Positions 61,839 through 64,000 of a stretch of 64,000 bases of DNA are shown piece by piece. The stretch spans positions 25,854,001-25,918,000 of the forward strand of contig OZ320318.1 in assembly GCA_976226885.1 (NCBI GenBank). The letters run 5' to 3'. The position numbers were made by a program, and so were the translations under genes. The notes below the pieces were generated by a model. That model searched no databases. It was given only the letters and a program-made list of their open reading frames with translations, and was not told the DNA's origin. The stretch's first letter is position 1; every line of letters begins with the position of its first letter. Origin of the DNA: Iphione sp. A-MEVVRFRX5. Lineage: Eukaryota.

Positions 61839-64000
61839 AAATACAGGTTCCTCTCAACTTTTCACTGCTGCACCTCTGCAGTTTATTCAGACCATGTTAG
61901 GTTATACATGTAGTTGCGAGGAGGACGTATCTTTAAGACGTGGGAATACGTTTGCTTTGGAGGCCGATCGCAATATAAGGCCAGCGTCGAAACGGTTCCT
62001 GCGAGTTTTCTTGTAAGGCCGATCGGCCGGTACTCCATCCTACCATTAATAACCCATGCGCTAATGGCCAACGACGGGCCCTTGGGGACAGGTATGTGAG
62101 GCACTATGAACGCTTCGTGGCTGCCGGGGTAAATGGTGATCATCTCTCCGAGTATCTGATACAAATGGCCAGTGTAGCAACATCCCCGTGAAGATAGATG
62201 GCACGGGCCGAAATAGATGACCAGGGTCTTGACCATGGTCCCTCTCCTAACCCACCAGCATTTATCCCGTAAAGGATATCCATACATGAGGACTGTGCTA
62301 GCTACTGCAAAGCAATACTCCGGGACGGGTGATGAGGATAAATAAATCAATTTATGCCTTTCCCCACCGCCAAACCCTCCACTTACTGTGAAGGGTTTAA
62401 TATGAATTTTGCAAAAGGCAGTGCTCAACGTCACTCCCAAGGTGCGCGTTTCAACAAACGGATAACACAATTGATAGAATGGCGATGATGCGAGGGAAAT
62501 GCTTCCAGGCAGCTTGCCACAGTTTACTGATTGCATTTATAGAAAAAGGGAATGCAGCCATTTATTTTGCTGTGGGTACCAAGACGTGCATTACAACAAA
62601 CGCAATAGGTGAGGATAATGACACGGTTAAAATAGTTTCGGCAAGTAGAGGGTTGTATTTTGCTTATGATACAACAAAACAGTTGCTCCGGTTTAGTTTG
62701 CCATTCGTCCAAAGAGAATTTATAAAGGCAGAATTATGGCAACCGAAATTTTAAAAAATCGATGATCCTTTTTATCGAATGCGTGAGAAGGGTATTGTTT
62801 GTGTTATTGTATGGATTACGGTTTCATAATTCTTTGCACCACACCTTGACAAATTTGTTTAAAGCTACAAATTCTTTATATGATTATTGATATTGTAATC
62901 CAACAGTTTCCTTTTCTTCTGTGAGTTTGAGGCAGTGATCTATATATTTTTGTTTTCTGTTTGGATATTGTTGTGGAAAAACTAGGATCTTTTAAACTAG
63001 GATCTACCAGGCCATCCCACTAAAAGGCAACGTGACGTCTCCCAACAGGTGGCGCCAGGGTACGGAAGTACGTCAAATGCTCGGTCGTTTGCTTACTGTC
63101 TGCTTTCAAATTAATTCACTTGTGTATTGATCAGTAACTGTGGATCATAGTTATGATGTTTCAACAATCGTGTTGATAAAGGATATCACTATTAGAAAGG
63201 AAAATGTCCACAACGTAGAATTGCTATGAACTAAACTAACAAAATAATTGTCAAAAAGTTTATAGAATATGGCGTTGGTCAATTTAAAAAACAACATCTA
63301 GATAACATTGGATCAAGAGTAATTCATAATATTCAGGTTACGTTGGACTAGATTGCTCAGGAAATATTTTGATTTGGTTAGGTTAGAAAACTAATTCAAA
63401 TAAGTGGTAAATATTAAATTATAACATTCATACACGAGTGGAATGCAATGTATAAAGTTGAGATAATTGAGAACTGTCAGTGGAAAATATTGAGGCAATG
63501 TTGGCATGAAACACTCCTAGAATATGTAGTTTGGTTAGTTTTATTCTTGAACACTGTAATTTGACTGCATTGGGCTATAAACATAATGAATATTTTTAAA
63601 ATGATTTTAACAACCAAACAGCCCAGAGGGTTAGGTCTTTTAACTTTGACTTAGAAAATTGGGTTCATATCCAACAGTGCGAAAATATAACACTGGAACA
63701 ATGATCCAAGAATTAATAAAGGCAATAAAATATCTAGAATAATATATTTCAGAATACTATATTTTCAATTCAGAAATGTTCACTGTACTTGTTAAATGGT
63801 ACAAAATCCAAATGTTTGAAACCAATTCTATTCTATAAACATTTATGAGTTGTCAGCTTTGACTGTTCCCTAAATGTTGTGTCACAACTTTACTCAAACC
63901 AAACTGCAATATTTATACAATGGTTATATAGCATATATTTCTTCCTTTGAAATGCTTGAAAATTAGTTGTCTCACACAGAGTACAGAGGGTTGTGTTGAC

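Noticed and set aside
61883-62536. Harbinger transposase or cytochrome P450 assignment for the 217-aa ORF
   Set aside because: YPGSHEA and GYP occur in the wrong order for a Harbinger DDE domain; IPVPKG is only a partial P450-like match without the heme motif.
1-64000. CRISPR arrays, rRNA, intact tRNA genes, hammerhead ribozymes, operon-like systems
   Set aside because: No regular repeat-spacer array or rRNA/tRNA fold seen; the CTGATGA hits I checked lacked the stem-II/GAAA context; the DNA is intron-containing eukaryotic sequence.

Overview
Eukaryotic, invertebrate-animal-like genomic DNA (AT-rich, spliceosomal introns, many decayed transposons); the species cannot be fixed from sequence alone. 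(1) One clear host gene: a class A, neuropeptide-receptor-like GPCR on the + strand with two coding exons (543-1027 and 44438-45176; 407 aa) split inside the ERY arginine codon by a 43.4-kb phase-2 intron containing LINE fragments, MITEs and a tRNA-like SINE. (2) A fairly young Gypsy-type LTR retroelement (49651-55431) with near-identical LTRs, GTAT target-site duplication, tRNA-Leu PBS and PPT. It lacks recognisable RT/RNase H but keeps an integrase core. In the env position it carries a roughly 2.9-kb extra reading frame (two compensating frameshifts) preceded by a branch point and splice acceptor, encoding C2H2 zinc fingers, basic patches, a long acidic/Pro-rich region and an unrecognised C-terminal domain, with no obvious signal peptide or membrane anchor. 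This accessory gene is the most interesting object in the window. (3) The last 5 kb hold weak hints of a neighbouring gene or promoter. All family assignments are by-eye motif recognition, not database searches.
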